From assembly GCA_024274695.1 (NCBI GenBank), contig JAJSAI010000019.1, positions 23,265-87,264 on the forward strand: a stretch of 64,000 nucleotides of DNA, written 5' to 3'. Positions 9,572 through 19,090 of this stretch are shown here, piece by piece. The translations under genes and the position numbers were made by a program. This stretch comes from an archaeon (GTDB taxonomy: Archaea > B1Sed10-29 > JAJSAI01). Below the pieces are notes generated by a model. That model searched no databases. It saw nothing but the letters and a program-made list of their open reading frames with translations, and had not been told where the DNA came from. The number at the start of each line of letters is the position of its first letter. The stretch's first letter is position 1.

Positions 9572-9753
9572 CCAAAGGAGTTTTTATTGACAAGACCAAG
9601 TGCATGTACTGCGGAGGGTGCACAGCAGTATGTCCTGTCAACGCCCTCGAACTTAAGGAGACGTACATAGAGTGGGATCCTGAAAAGTGCATATACTGCG
9701 GGGCGTGCGAGAGGTTCTGCCCCGCTGGAGCAATAAAGGTGGTGAGAGAATGA
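9568..9753 (+). CDS. Small 2x[4Fe-4S] ferredoxin, partner of GGR.
   Basis: Two CxxCxxCxxxCP motifs (CMYCGGCTAVCP, CIYCGACERFCP). The stop overlaps the GGR ATG as ATGA at 9750-9753. Confidence 0.75.
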   Translation: MTKGVFIDKTKCMYCGGCTAVCPVNALELKETYIEWDPEKCIYCGACERFCPAGAIKVVRE

Positions 9754-10958
9754 GACAATGGCTTCAGGAAGAGTATGATGTCATAGTCGTCGGGGCCGGG
9801 CCCGCTGGAAGCACTGCCGCGAGAGAGTGCGCTAAACGGGGCCTGAAAACCCTGGTCCTTGAAAAAAGACAGGAGGTAGGAGTCCCGAAAAGGTGCGGGG
9901 AAGGACTAGGAGAAGGCTGGTGCAGGATAGCAGGAATAACCCCTGACCCGAAGTGGGCGAGGTACGAAATGCACGGGGCAGTGCTCTGGTCCCCCTCCGG
10001 CAAAAAAGTGGTGATACCCACGCCCACGAAAGGCTGGATAATAGAAAGAAGAGTCTTCGACAAGTGGCTGGCCGAGAAAGCGGTCATGGCAGGAGCGAGG
10101 ATGATAACCAAGGCAAGAGTCATAGGAGTCATAAAAGAAGAAGACACAGTAAAGGGTGTGATCGTGGAAACCCCTGACGGGGACTTCGAAGTCATGGCAA
10201 AGATAGTGATAGCCGCTGACGGGGTTGACAGCAAGACCGCAAAGTATGCTGGGCTTAACACAGTAAACCCCGCCACCGAAATAGACTCAGGGTACCAGTA
10301 CGAGATGGTCGGTCTCAAGATCCCAGAGCCCACGGACATGATACACCTGTACTTCGGGTGGGACGTTGCCCCCAGGGGATACGTCTGGATATTCCCGAAA
10401 GGACCTGACCACGCGAACGTGGGAATAGGGATAGGCGGGCACATTGACAAGGGAACCGCAAAAGAATACCTTGACAGGTTCATAGAGTCCCATCCCGAAA
10501 TCTTTGAGAACGCTGGGATAGTAGAAGTGAACGCGGGAGGAATCCCTGTAGGCGCTCCCCTGAAAAAACCGTACGCGAACGGCCTGCTCGTGATAGGAGA
10601 CGCCGCGCACATGGTCAACCCCATACACGGCGGAGGAATAGGCACTGGCATGGAAGCAGGAATACTCGCGGCAGAGATAGCTGAAAAAGCAGTGAGGTCC
10701 GGCAATGTTTCAGAAGACGTCCTGAAAGAGTTCGCGGAAAAGTGGTACGAGAAGAGAGGAAACCAGTTGCTCCAGGTGCTCAAGGTCAGGAAGTTCTTCG
10801 AAGACCTCACGGACCAGGACATGGAAAAACTAGCGGACATACTGGACGACAAACAGCTCCTGCTGGACTTCGCGGACGGCAGGAGGACAGCCGCGTTCCT
10901 GAAGTTCCTGGCCAAAGCGCCCAGGATCGCGCTGAAGGCGGCAAAGCACCTCAAGTGA
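9750..10958 (+). CDS. Digeranylgeranylglycerophospholipid (geranylgeranyl) reductase.
   Basis: DVIVVGAGPAGSTAA FAD motif, plus YVWIFPKG and GDAAHMVNP motifs of archaeal GGR. Confidence 0.8.
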   Translation: MRQWLQEEYDVIVVGAGPAGSTAARECAKRGLKTLVLEKRQEVGVPKRCGEGLGEGWCRIAGITPDPKWARYEMHGAVLWSPSGKKVVIPTPTKGWIIERRVFDKWLAEKAVMAGARMITKARVIGVIKEEDTVKGVIVETPDGDFEVMAKIVIAADGVDSKTAKYAGLNTVNPATEIDSGYQYEMVGLKIPEPTDMIHLYFGWDVAPRGYVWIFPKGPDHANVGIGIGGHIDKGTAKEYLDRFIESHPEIFENAGIVEVNAGGIPVGAPLKKPYANGLLVIGDAAHMVNPIHGGGIGTGMEAGILAAEIAEKAVRSGNVSEDVLKEFAEKWYEKRGNQLLQVLKVRKFFEDLTDQDMEKLADILDDKQLLLDFADGRRTAAFLKFLAKAPRIALKAAKHLK

Positions 10959-11006
10959 AACCCAAAAACCCTCCTTTTATAATCTTCTCCTGAGTCTATT
11001 ACCAGG

Positions 11007-11936
11007 ATGAAGACAAGACCTGTCCTAACGATAGCACTGATCCTTCTCACGCTGGGCACCTACTTCGCCTTCAGTAACGCGTACCTGTACATCCGCCAAG
11101 ACAGGCTGCTTGCTCTGGCGTTCTCCTGGCACAACGTCTTCCCTGGAATAATCACGTACATGTTCGCTCACATAGGACTAAAGCACCTGTTCGGCAACAT
11201 GCTCCTCCTCCTTCTGGTAGGAGCAATCTGCGAGGAAAAACTCAGGAAAAAAGACTATCTTGCGATATACTTTGCCTCGGGGGCGGCGGGAGCTGTGCTG
11301 TTCTCGGCAATAAACCCTAACGTCGCGCTGGCAGGAGCCAGCGCATGCATCGCGGGCCTTATGGTTCCTGCAATGATAATAAACACGCGGCGGTTCGTGC
11401 TGGGAATGATCCTGGTTGCGGTTTTCTCCACGACAGTCATGATGCCGGTCCTGACAGTATTCTCAGAATCCTTGCACCAGAAGACGGTTAAGGAATACAC
11501 TGTCCTGAAACAGGAGTACGAGAACGTAACAAAAGAAAAGCAAGAGCTTCAGACAATAATACTGGAGCTGAACAAGACCGAAGAAAAGGTTAGGGAAAAG
11601 CTTGAGAAGGGAGAGATAACGGAAAGAGAGTATATGATTATAATCCAGAACGTGAGCTTGCAAAGGAACGCCACGCTGGCCAAGCTCGCTGAAAAAGAAC
11701 AGGAAGAGAAAAAGGTCAGTGAAGGGGTGAACAAGACCCTTGAGCTCAAGGAAAACCTTGAGCAGGGGATAGAAAGAGAAAAAAGGATGGTCACCAGCGT
11801 GCTGGTGCACGCTCTCGGGTCGGTGGTTGGTGCAACATACCTGCTGTTGTTCAGGAGGGACATCCTGTACGACGCTGTCTTCGAATGGAAGAACGCTGCA
11901 TGGAGGTTGAAAAAACGCTTAGCACGATCTTCTTGA
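11007..11936 (+). CDS. Rhomboid-family intramembrane serine protease with a roughly 130-aa sequon-rich coiled-coil insertion before the last TM.
   Basis: FAHIGLKHLFGNMLLL signature, GASA(C) active-site region, and HALGSVVG His-helix. The insert carries 5 N-x-S/T sequons. Confidence 0.5.
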   Translation: MKTRPVLTIALILLTLGTYFAFSNAYLYIRQDRLLALAFSWHNVFPGIITYMFAHIGLKHLFGNMLLLLLVGAICEEKLRKKDYLAIYFASGAAGAVLFSAINPNVALAGASACIAGLMVPAMIINTRRFVLGMILVAVFSTTVMMPVLTVFSESLHQKTVKEYTVLKQEYENVTKEKQELQTIILELNKTEEKVREKLEKGEITEREYMIIIQNVSLQRNATLAKLAEKEQEEKKVSEGVNKTLELKENLEQGIEREKRMVTSVLVHALGSVVGATYLLLFRRDILYDAVFEWKNAAWRLKKRLARSS

Positions 11937-12904
11937 GGCACCTGGCAAGAGAACTGGACTCTGAGCTATCAGGAGGGTTCTTCGATAAAGCGCAGCAGAT
12001 AGGGCCCGCGGAGTTCAAGCTCTCATTCCGCACGAAGGCAGGGAAGAAGGATGTTATTGTAAGGCTCCCTGGGCTCGTGAACATCACCTCATACAAGATC
12101 CCTGCCCCGAGAAAGCCGAGCAACTTCGCCATGAAGCTGAGGAAGGAGATCTCAGGCAAGAAAGTTCTGGCAGTGAAGCAGCACGACTTCGACAGGGTCA
12201 TCGTGCTCGACTTCGGCGAAAAAAAGCTCGTGATAGAGCTCTTCTCAAAAGGGAACCTGGTCCTGACAAAGGACGGCAGGATACTCGCCGTTTTCAGGTC
12301 AGAAGAGTGGAGGGACAGAAAACTACGGTTCGGGGAAGAGTATGTCTTCCCGAAGAAAAAAGCAGACCCAGAGTCAGAAGACTTCCGGGAAATGCTCTGC
12401 AGAGAAGGAGAAAGGGCCCTCGCCCTTGCTGTGGGCAAGGAGAACGCGAGGCTCCTGCTGAAATCGCTTGGCATCCCGCAAGGTCAGAAGGAGTACTCTG
12501 AAGAACAGGCCGGCAGAATACTCTCCCGGCTGGAAGAGATTCTAAACTCTGACACCAAGCCAGTGGTGCAAGAGGGCATACTGCTGCCGGTCCCCATCCT
12601 GTCCTCAGAGCCGGAGAAGGAGTACAGGACAGCGAGCCAGGCAGTGGACGAAGAGCACCCTCCTGAACTGAGAAGAGAGGAAGGGAAAGAGTCCAAGCTT
12701 CAGAGGATGCTGGAAATGCAGAAGAAGACCCTGCAAGAGTACCAGAAGAAAGCAGAGGAAGAAAAGCAGATAGGTGACCTGATAATGCAGAACGCTCACG
12801 TGATAGCAGAGGCCATAAGGCTATTCAAAGAAAAGGACGTTAAGGGCCTGGAAAGGCTGGGGGCGAGGATAACCAAGGACGGAAAAATAGAGATAGACCT
12901 CTGA
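11900..12904 (+). CDS. NFACT-N (FbpA/Rqc2-like N-terminal) domain protein with a coiled-coil tail. It is shorter than full-length archaeal NFACT.
   Basis: N-terminal pattern LSTIFLRHLARELDSELSGGFFDKAQQIGPAEFKLSFR resembles NFACT-N. Confidence 0.45.
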   Translation: MEVEKTLSTIFLRHLARELDSELSGGFFDKAQQIGPAEFKLSFRTKAGKKDVIVRLPGLVNITSYKIPAPRKPSNFAMKLRKEISGKKVLAVKQHDFDRVIVLDFGEKKLVIELFSKGNLVLTKDGRILAVFRSEEWRDRKLRFGEEYVFPKKKADPESEDFREMLCREGERALALAVGKENARLLLKSLGIPQGQKEYSEEQAGRILSRLEEILNSDTKPVVQEGILLPVPILSSEPEKEYRTASQAVDEEHPPELRREEGKESKLQRMLEMQKKTLQEYQKKAEEEKQIGDLIMQNAHVIAEAIRLFKEKDVKGLERLGARITKDGKIEIDL

Positions 12905-12949
12905 CCTGCTGACGAAGATTCTGAGAAACGGTTCGGCTGGACGAAAAAA

Positions 12950-13273
12950 TCAGGAGATCAGGCTCTCGTCAACCACTATAACGTCACTGACGGCGAAAAC
13001 AGACTTGTAAGGAACGTGCCCGAGTTTTCCCACTTTCTGGAGTCTGCTGGCAGTCCTTGAGTCGCTGTTCACCTCTATGAGCAGGCCTTCTATCCTCCCT
13101 GTCTCCTCGTCTATGGTCAGGTCCGCGAGCCTGCCCAGTTCCTCACCAGAGTTTGTGATCACCCGTTTTCCCCCGAGCTGCCTGGCTATCACGAACTTCT
13201 TTGAAGCCATTAAACACCACCTTCTGGAATAAAATGCCTGCACTGTATTTAAACATTTCCCCCAAAAAACCAT
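12950..13273 (-). CDS. PRC-barrel domain protein.
   Basis: 107 aa with GKRVITNSGEELGRLADLTIDEETGRIEGLLIE, typical of PRC barrels. Confidence 0.5.
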   Translation of the reverse strand: MVFWGKCLNTVQAFYSRRWCLMASKKFVIARQLGGKRVITNSGEELGRLADLTIDEETGRIEGLLIEVNSDSRTASRLQKVGKLGHVPYKSVFAVSDVIVVDESLIS

Positions 13274-13332
13274 GTTACGTCAAAAGACGAACCCGAATCC
13301 GTTAGTTATTTAAACTTGTTCTTGTCTTATGC

Positions 13333-14376
13333 TTGCTCGTGGCAGGCATTGTTGGTTACGGAGCGTACGTGCCCAGGTACCGGATAAAGGTTGAAGAGAT
13401 CGCGAGAGTGTGGAACAAGGACCCTGAGGCGATCAAAAAGGGATTGAACCTTCTAGAGAAAAGTGTTCCCGGTCTGGACGAGGATTCCGTGACAATCGCT
13501 GTTGAAGCGAGCAGGAACGCGCTTTCCCGCGCTGGAATAAGCCCTGAAAAAATAGGGGCTGTTTTCGTCGGTTCAGAGTCTCCTCCTTATGCTGTCAAGC
13601 CCTCTGCCACCATAGTAGCTGAAGCAATAGGCTCTGTCCCAGTGATGATGGCTGCTGACCTGGAGTTCGCGTGCAAGGCCGGGACCCAGGCGGTTCTGAA
13701 CTGTATCGGGCTCGTGGACTCAGGGATGATAGATTACGGACTGGGAGTAGGATCTGACACGAGCCAGGGCAGGCCTGGAGACGCGCTTGAGTACTCTGCT
13801 TCAGCCGGAGGGGCGGCGTTCATCATAGGGAAGAAGGACGCGCTCGCGGAAGTGGAAGAATTCTACTCCTACACCACGGACACTCCCGACTTCTGGAGGA
13901 AAGAAGGTCAGGAGTACCCGCGGCACGGGGCAAGGTTCACGGGAAGGCCCGCGTACTTCAAGCACGTGCTCAGCGCGAGCAAGGGGGTCATGGAAAAAGG
14001 AGGATACTCTCCCAGCGATTTTGACTACGCTGTCTTCCACCAGCCCAACGGAAAATTTCCCCTGCTCGCGGCAAAACAGTTGGGCATACCAAAAGAAAAA
14101 GTCCTGCCAGGCCTCCTGAGCCCGGTGATAGGGAACACGTACTCAGGAGCGACCCTGTTGGGTCTCGCGGCAGTCCTTGACAGGGCAGGTCCCGGGGACT
14201 TGATCCTCGCAACCTCTTACGGTTCTGGCGCGGGATCAGACGCGATGGTTATCAGGGTCACTGACAGGATAGAAGAAAAAAGGGACAAGGCACCCAAGGT
14301 TGAGGAGTACGTCTCACGCAAGAAGCACGTGACGTACGGGGAGTACGTGAAGCTCAGACGCAAGCTCAAGGTGTGA
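13333..14376 (+). CDS. HMG-CoA synthase (archaeal mevalonate pathway).
   Basis: Start [15 protein letters not shown] and catalytic Cys region [11 protein letters not shown]. Adjacent to thiolase and DUF35, as in the known archaeal thiolase/HMGCS/DUF35 complex. Confidence 0.85.
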   Translation: MLVAGIVGYGAYVPRYRIKVEEIARVWNKDPEAIKKGLNLLEKSVPGLDEDSVTIAVEASRNALSRAGISPEKIGAVFVGSESPPYAVKPSATIVAEAIGSVPVMMAADLEFACKAGTQAVLNCIGLVDSGMIDYGLGVGSDTSQGRPGDALEYSASAGGAAFIIGKKDALAEVEEFYSYTTDTPDFWRKEGQEYPRHGARFTGRPAYFKHVLSASKGVMEKGGYSPSDFDYAVFHQPNGKFPLLAAKQLGIPKEKVLPGLLSPVIGNTYSGATLLGLAAVLDRAGPGDLILATSYGSGAGSDAMVIRVTDRIEEKRDKAPKVEEYVSRKKHVTYGEYVKLRRKLKV

Positions 14377-15560
14377 TGATCATGAGAAGAGTCGCGGTCA
14401 TAGGCGCTGGCATGACCCGGTTCGGGGAAAGATGGGAAGAGGGAATGAGAGAGCTAGCAGTAGAAGCGGGAGTAAGAGCACTAGAGAGTGCTGGGGTGAG
14501 AGGAAGCCAGATACAAGCCCTGTACGTGGGGAACATGAGCGGAGGCAGGTTCATTGGACAAGAGCACATAGGAGCCCTCGCGGCAGACTACCTCGGGCTG
14601 AACCCCATCCCGAGCACAAGAATTGAGGCTGCTTGCGCGAGCGGCGGCCTGGCTTTCAGGCAAGCCTACCTCAGCATCGCGGGCGGAGAGTTCGACCTGG
14701 TGGTCGCGGGAGGAATAGAAAAAATGACGGACGTTCTCACAGGACAGGCCACAACAACCCTGGGAGGCGCTGCTGACCAGGAGTGGGAGACCTTCTTCGG
14801 GGCAACCTTTCCCAGCATATACGCGCTCATGGCAAGAAGGCACATGCACGAGTACGGGACTACAGAAGAACAGCTTGCCATGGTAGCGGTCAAGAACCAT
14901 GACAATGGTCTGAAAAACCCCTACGCCCAGTTCAGGAAAAAGATTACTGTCGAGGACGTGCTAAACTCTTCTCCGGTGGCCACTCCCCTCAAGCTGCTTG
15001 ACTGTTCTCCCATCACTGACGGGGCCGCGGCAGTCGTACTCGCGAGTGAGGAAATGGCCAGGAAGATCACGGATGACCCCGTGTGGATTAACGCTTCAGC
15101 CCAAGCGAGTGACACTCTAGCCCTTCATTCCAGGAGCTCGTTTACTTCAATTCCTGCCACGCGCCTGGCAGCAGAAAAAGCGTACCAGAAAGCAGGAATA
15201 AAACCGAAAGACGTTGACGTTGCCGAGGTGCACGACTGCTTCACCATCGCAGAGATAATGGCTGTTGAAGACCTTGGGTTCGTGCCAAAAGGAGAAGGGG
15301 GGAAAGCGTACGAAGAAGGGATGTTCGAGCTGGGGTCTGACATTTCAGTGAACACGTCAGGAGGACTCAAGGCCTGCGGGCACCCTGTTGGGGCCACGGG
15401 AATAAAACAGGTCGCGGAAGTGTTCTGGCAGCTCAGGGGAGAAGCAGGCGAGCGGCAGATTCCTGACGCAGAGATAGGGCTCACGCACAACGTCGGAGGG
15501 TCTGGAGCCACAGTAGTCGTGCACGTGCTCTCAAGATATCCTGACCTCAGGCAGAGGTGA
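14373..15560 (+). CDS. Acetyl-CoA acetyltransferase (thiolase).
   Basis: Thiolase fold with active-site Cys IEAACASGG and C-terminal [12 protein letters not shown] overlap with HMGCS. Confidence 0.85.
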   Translation: MMIMRRVAVIGAGMTRFGERWEEGMRELAVEAGVRALESAGVRGSQIQALYVGNMSGGRFIGQEHIGALAADYLGLNPIPSTRIEAACASGGLAFRQAYLSIAGGEFDLVVAGGIEKMTDVLTGQATTTLGGAADQEWETFFGATFPSIYALMARRHMHEYGTTEEQLAMVAVKNHDNGLKNPYAQFRKKITVEDVLNSSPVATPLKLLDCSPITDGAAAVVLASEEMARKITDDPVWINASAQASDTLALHSRSSFTSIPATRLAAEKAYQKAGIKPKDVDVAEVHDCFTIAEIMAVEDLGFVPKGEGGKAYEEGMFELGSDISVNTSGGLKACGHPVGATGIKQVAEVFWQLRGEAGERQIPDAEIGLTHNVGGSGATVVVHVLSRYPDLRQR

Positions 15561-15979
15561 AAAGCATGGCAGAACAGGGGAGCATTCCACTCATTTGGAG
15601 GAGGTATCCTCAGAGGTACAGGCTGGAAGGGAACAAGTGCGAGAACTGCGGGACCTACTTTTTCCCTCCCAGGCTCGTGTGCCCGAATTGCAGGAGGAGA
15701 GGAAGCCTTACCAAGCACGTTTTCTCAGGGAAGGGAGTTGTGGAATCCTACACGGTGGTCCACGTTCCTCCTGACGAGATGGCGGGCCAGGAGCCCTACG
15801 TGCTCGCACTAGTGAGACTGGAAGAAGGTCCTGTAGTTACAGCAGTAGTAACAGACGTTGACCCAGAAGACGTGAAAATCGGGACAAGGGTCAGGCTCGC
15901 GTTCAGGAGAATATCAGAACAAGGAGAGAGCGGTCTGGTGTGCTACGGGTACAAGTTCGCGCCCGAGAAAGGATTTTAA
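15557..15979 (+). CDS. DUF35 Zn-ribbon/OB-fold scaffold protein of the thiolase/HMGCS complex.
   Basis: CENCGTYFFPPRLVCPNCRRRG zinc ribbon followed by an OB-fold. ATGA overlap with thiolase. Confidence 0.8.
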   Translation: MKSMAEQGSIPLIWRRYPQRYRLEGNKCENCGTYFFPPRLVCPNCRRRGSLTKHVFSGKGVVESYTVVHVPPDEMAGQEPYVLALVRLEEGPVVTAVVTDVDPEDVKIGTRVRLAFRRISEQGESGLVCYGYKFAPEKGF

Positions 15980-16005
15980 AAGAGGCCTGCTGAACACCAG
16001 AACGC

Positions 16006-16950
16006 ATGGACAACAAGACCTATCTTGAGGCTCTCAGGAAACAGCACTACGCGATATTCGGGAAGAGAGAGCATTCTGCAGCAAAACTGTGCACCTGGAC
16101 CAAAAAAAGCCTGAGGGGAGAGGGGGTCTGCTACAAGCAGCTCTTTTACGGGGTGCAGTCCCACAGGTGCCTGCAGATGACCCCTAACATTTACTGCAAC
16201 CAGAGGTGCGTGTTCTGCTGGAGGTCCTGGGAGCACGCTCCAACGGTATTCCAGCCGACGGAATGGGACGATCCCGCGGAGATTGTTGAAGAATCAATAC
16301 GCGCCCAAAGGAAACTGCTGTCAGGGTACGGGGGCCTGCCTGGGCTTGACCAGAAAAAGTACCACGAGGCCCTGAACCCGAACCAGGTCGCGATCTCCCT
16401 GGCCGGAGAGCCCACGATATACCCGAGGATCTGGGATCTGGTGCACGAGTACAAGAAAAGGGGTTTCACGACCTTCCTCGTGTCCAACGGGATGCTGCCA
16501 GAACGGTTTGAGAACATGACCGAGAAGCCCACCCAGTGGTACCTTTCCCTGGACGCGCCTGACGAGCAGACTCACAAGAAAGTGAACGTTCCAATGCTGC
16601 CGGACTCCTGGCAGAGGCTCAACCGGAGCCTGGAGATAATGAGCACCCTGCCCGACGTCAGGCGGGTAATAAGAATAACAGTGGTCAAGGGATTGAACGA
16701 CAGGGATCCTGAAGGATATGCCAGGCTCGTGGAAAAGTCAGGAGCTGATTTTCTGGAGGTCAAAGCGTACATGTTCGTGGGAGGGAGCAGGCAAAGGCTG
16801 TCAATAGCCAACATGCCAAGCCACGATTACGTGAAAGAGTTCGCGGGCAAGATAAACGAGGTTCTCGGCTGGGAGTACGGGGGAGAACAGCCGGCCAGCA
16901 GGGTTGTGGTTTACTCCAGGGGAAGCAAAAAGCTTAGAATAAGAGGATGA
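16006..16950 (+). CDS. taw1: Radical-SAM tRNA 4-demethylwyosine synthase (Tyw1/Taw1).
   Basis: CNQRCVFCWR radical-SAM cluster motif and the typical Tyw1 length. Confidence 0.7.
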   Translation: MDNKTYLEALRKQHYAIFGKREHSAAKLCTWTKKSLRGEGVCYKQLFYGVQSHRCLQMTPNIYCNQRCVFCWRSWEHAPTVFQPTEWDDPAEIVEESIRAQRKLLSGYGGLPGLDQKKYHEALNPNQVAISLAGEPTIYPRIWDLVHEYKKRGFTTFLVSNGMLPERFENMTEKPTQWYLSLDAPDEQTHKKVNVPMLPDSWQRLNRSLEIMSTLPDVRRVIRITVVKGLNDRDPEGYARLVEKSGADFLEVKAYMFVGGSRQRLSIANMPSHDYVKEFAGKINEVLGWEYGGEQPASRVVVYSRGSKKLRIRG

Positions 16951-16986
16951 TACCAAGCGGTTTATATTCTCCTGGGCCCCTATTTC

Positions 16987-17493
16987 TTGGTGATGGTCAG
17001 GAAGACAAGGCGGCGGGACCTTGCGGAAGAAATGATGAGAGAGATAAAAAGAAGGCTCTCTTCAAGGGGTTACTCTCCGAGCGTTGAGGAACTGAAGCAG
17101 CGTTTTCCCGGAGTGTCCAAGGGAGAGCTTTACATCGTTTTCAGGAAACTGGTTGAGGAGGGCAGGCTCCCTGAGGCCGTGATCGGGAAAACTCTTGAGA
17201 AGAGAGAAGTCCCTCTCAGTATTAATGATCTTGCTCTTCTCACAGCAGCCCAAGAGTTCAGGGCAAAGTACGGCAGGAAGCCCACGATAGAAGAAGCGGC
17301 CGAAATGGTGGAGCTCCACACCAAAAGAAGCCTGAAAAGGTACAGGCGCGTTCTGGAGGAAAAGCTTGGTAAGGAGACGTTCAGCCAAATCTTTTCCCTT
17401 CAGAAGAAGGGCCGTGTGCCTCCTAAGACAAGGCTTGCTGCCCGGGACGAGGAGCACGAGAAAGAGCTTTTCGAAGAATTATACCGGGACTGA
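16987..17493 (+). CDS. Basic winged-helix-like hypothetical protein.
   Basis: 168-aa ORF, Arg/Lys-rich, no recognisable catalytic motif. Confidence 0.3.
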   Translation: MVMVRKTRRRDLAEEMMREIKRRLSSRGYSPSVEELKQRFPGVSKGELYIVFRKLVEEGRLPEAVIGKTLEKREVPLSINDLALLTAAQEFRAKYGRKPTIEEAAEMVELHTKRSLKRYRRVLEEKLGKETFSQIFSLQKKGRVPPKTRLAARDEEHEKELFEELYRD

Positions 17494-17749
17494 GGCGTGC
17501 TGTCCATGAAACTGTTCGGATTCCTCAAGGGAGGTAAAGAAAAAGTCCTGTCAGAAGAAAAGCAGGAAGAGCCTGTTCCAAAGTACGCGGACAAGGAATG
17601 CGCGTTATGCGGCAAGCCAGAGGCGGACAAGAAGTGAGGAGGCAGTACTGGCACAAGAAGTGTCTCAGGAAAGCCAGGAAAATGGCCAAGAACGCGTTCT
17701 GAACCAGGGCACCAAAAAAATTATATTCGGGCAGTGTTTTAGTGTGCTG

Positions 17750-19090
17750 ATGCCCGTAGTAAAACTGTTTTCTGTGACCGGGCGCGAAGGCCCTGGCCCG
17801 GAAGAAACCTCCGCCTTCGGGGCCCTCGGCTGCTTTGAACAAGACGACTCGTTCTCGTTGTACCAGAAGCTAGCAGGGGACCAGAAGAAGGTAAAAGGGG
17901 TGCTCAAGAATTCTGCGGGCAGGGGCCACGGGTCGGTACAGGACCAGAACCTGTTCATATTCAGCATCCGGGATCTGTCCAGGGCGGCGACACTGCAGTT
18001 GTGCCTGCCCCAGTACCTGATGCACCTGCAACAATCCCTCAGGAGGGCCAACGCGGACAGAGGCTTCCACGTCCCAGAAGGCATGAGCAGGGAGTCCACA
18101 GAACTCATGTCAGACGCCTTCAGGCTCTACGAGAAAATGAAGGAAGAAGGGATCCCGGGAGAAGACGCGAGGTACATACTCCCTTTGTACACTAAGACGA
18201 ACATCCAGACCGCGGGTAACGCCAGAGAACTTTCCCACCTGTTCTGGATGACAGAACACTCTGACGCGCCCTCTGAAGTAAAAGCAGTCGTGAGGAGCAT
18301 GCGCACGTTAGCTGAAGAGATCGCGCCGAACCTTTTCAGGGACTGGGGGTACAACTACGAGGCCCTCGCGTGGTACCCTTCAGCACAGCTCTACTCAGAC
18401 AATCCAGTCATGGACGAGATCGTGCGCAGAAAAGGAGCAGGGGGAGTAAGGCTCGTGGAGTACGATATTCCCGAGGAGCAGGTGAGCAGGGCAGTGCTGG
18501 AAAGGGACGAGGCAATACTCTCTGTCTTAAAGCACTCTCACAACGGGGGCAGCGTGCAAGGGTTTCTGGCCAGGATGTCCCTGGCCGCGTTCCACCAGGC
18601 GATAAGACAGAGGACCTGGGACCAGGCCGTTGAATCGGTCTTCTCTGCAGCAGAGAGAGGAGAGCTGATCATACCCAGGACAGTCCGGGCGAGAGGCTTT
18701 GAGAGGGAGTTCACTGAGCTTGCCAGGAGCATGCTGATAGCATACCGTGAGGAAAAGGAAAGAATAGGAAGGCATGACGCGATAGGAGTGGTGCCGCACG
18801 CGCTCGCCCTGTACGACCTGATACACGTTAACGGATGGAACGCGATACACTCCATAGGAAAGAGAACGTGCATGGAAGCCCAGTGGGAGATAAGAGAAAT
18901 CGCGGCAGGGATTTCCAGGATCATAAAAGAAAAGAACCCTGCGATAGGCAGGTGGTCAGAGCCCCAGGGGGTGGTCTACGGGTACTGCCCTGAAAGAAAC
19001 CCCTGCGGCTACTGCGAGAAAGTGTTGGACAACAGGGGAAAAAAGAGAGGTGGAGGGGAAGAGAGTGAGCCTGAAGGAATTAGACCCTGA
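17750..19090 (+). CDS. thyX: Flavin-dependent thymidylate synthase (ThyX)-like protein with two ThyX domains fused in tandem and a C-terminal Cys cluster.
   Basis: Half 1 has [26 protein letters not shown]...ARELSHLF, where LPQ replaces RHR. Half 2 has [11 protein letters not shown] (an RHRx7S-like motif with H changed to Q) and [12 protein letters not shown]. The tail has [10 protein letters not shown]. The probable start is the Met at 17750 rather than the ORF-track start at 17660. Confidence 0.55.
   Translation: MPVVKLFSVTGREGPGPEETSAFGALGCFEQDDSFSLYQKLAGDQKKVKGVLKNSAGRGHGSVQDQNLFIFSIRDLSRAATLQLCLPQYLMHLQQSLRRANADRGFHVPEGMSRESTELMSDAFRLYEKMKEEGIPGEDARYILPLYTKTNIQTAGNARELSHLFWMTEHSDAPSEVKAVVRSMRTLAEEIAPNLFRDWGYNYEALAWYPSAQLYSDNPVMDEIVRRKGAGGVRLVEYDIPEEQVSRAVLERDEAILSVLKHSHNGGSVQGFLARMSLAAFHQAIRQRTWDQAVESVFSAAERGELIIPRTVRARGFEREFTELARSMLIAYREEKERIGRHDAIGVVPHALALYDLIHVNGWNAIHSIGKRTCMEAQWEIREIAAGISRIIKEKNPAIGRWSEPQGVVYGYCPERNPCGYCEKVLDNRGKKRGGGEESEPEGIRP

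Noticed and set aside
9764-11059. 431-aa minus-strand ORF (S/P-rich) antisense to geranylgeranyl reductase
   Set aside because: The + strand gene has clear FAD and GGR motifs. The antisense ORF is low-complexity, which is typical of GC-rich shadow ORFs.
13333-15979. HMGCS / thiolase / DUF35 cluster as a novelty
   Set aside because: This three-gene arrangement is the well-described archaeal mevalonate-pathway entry complex. Annotated as features only.
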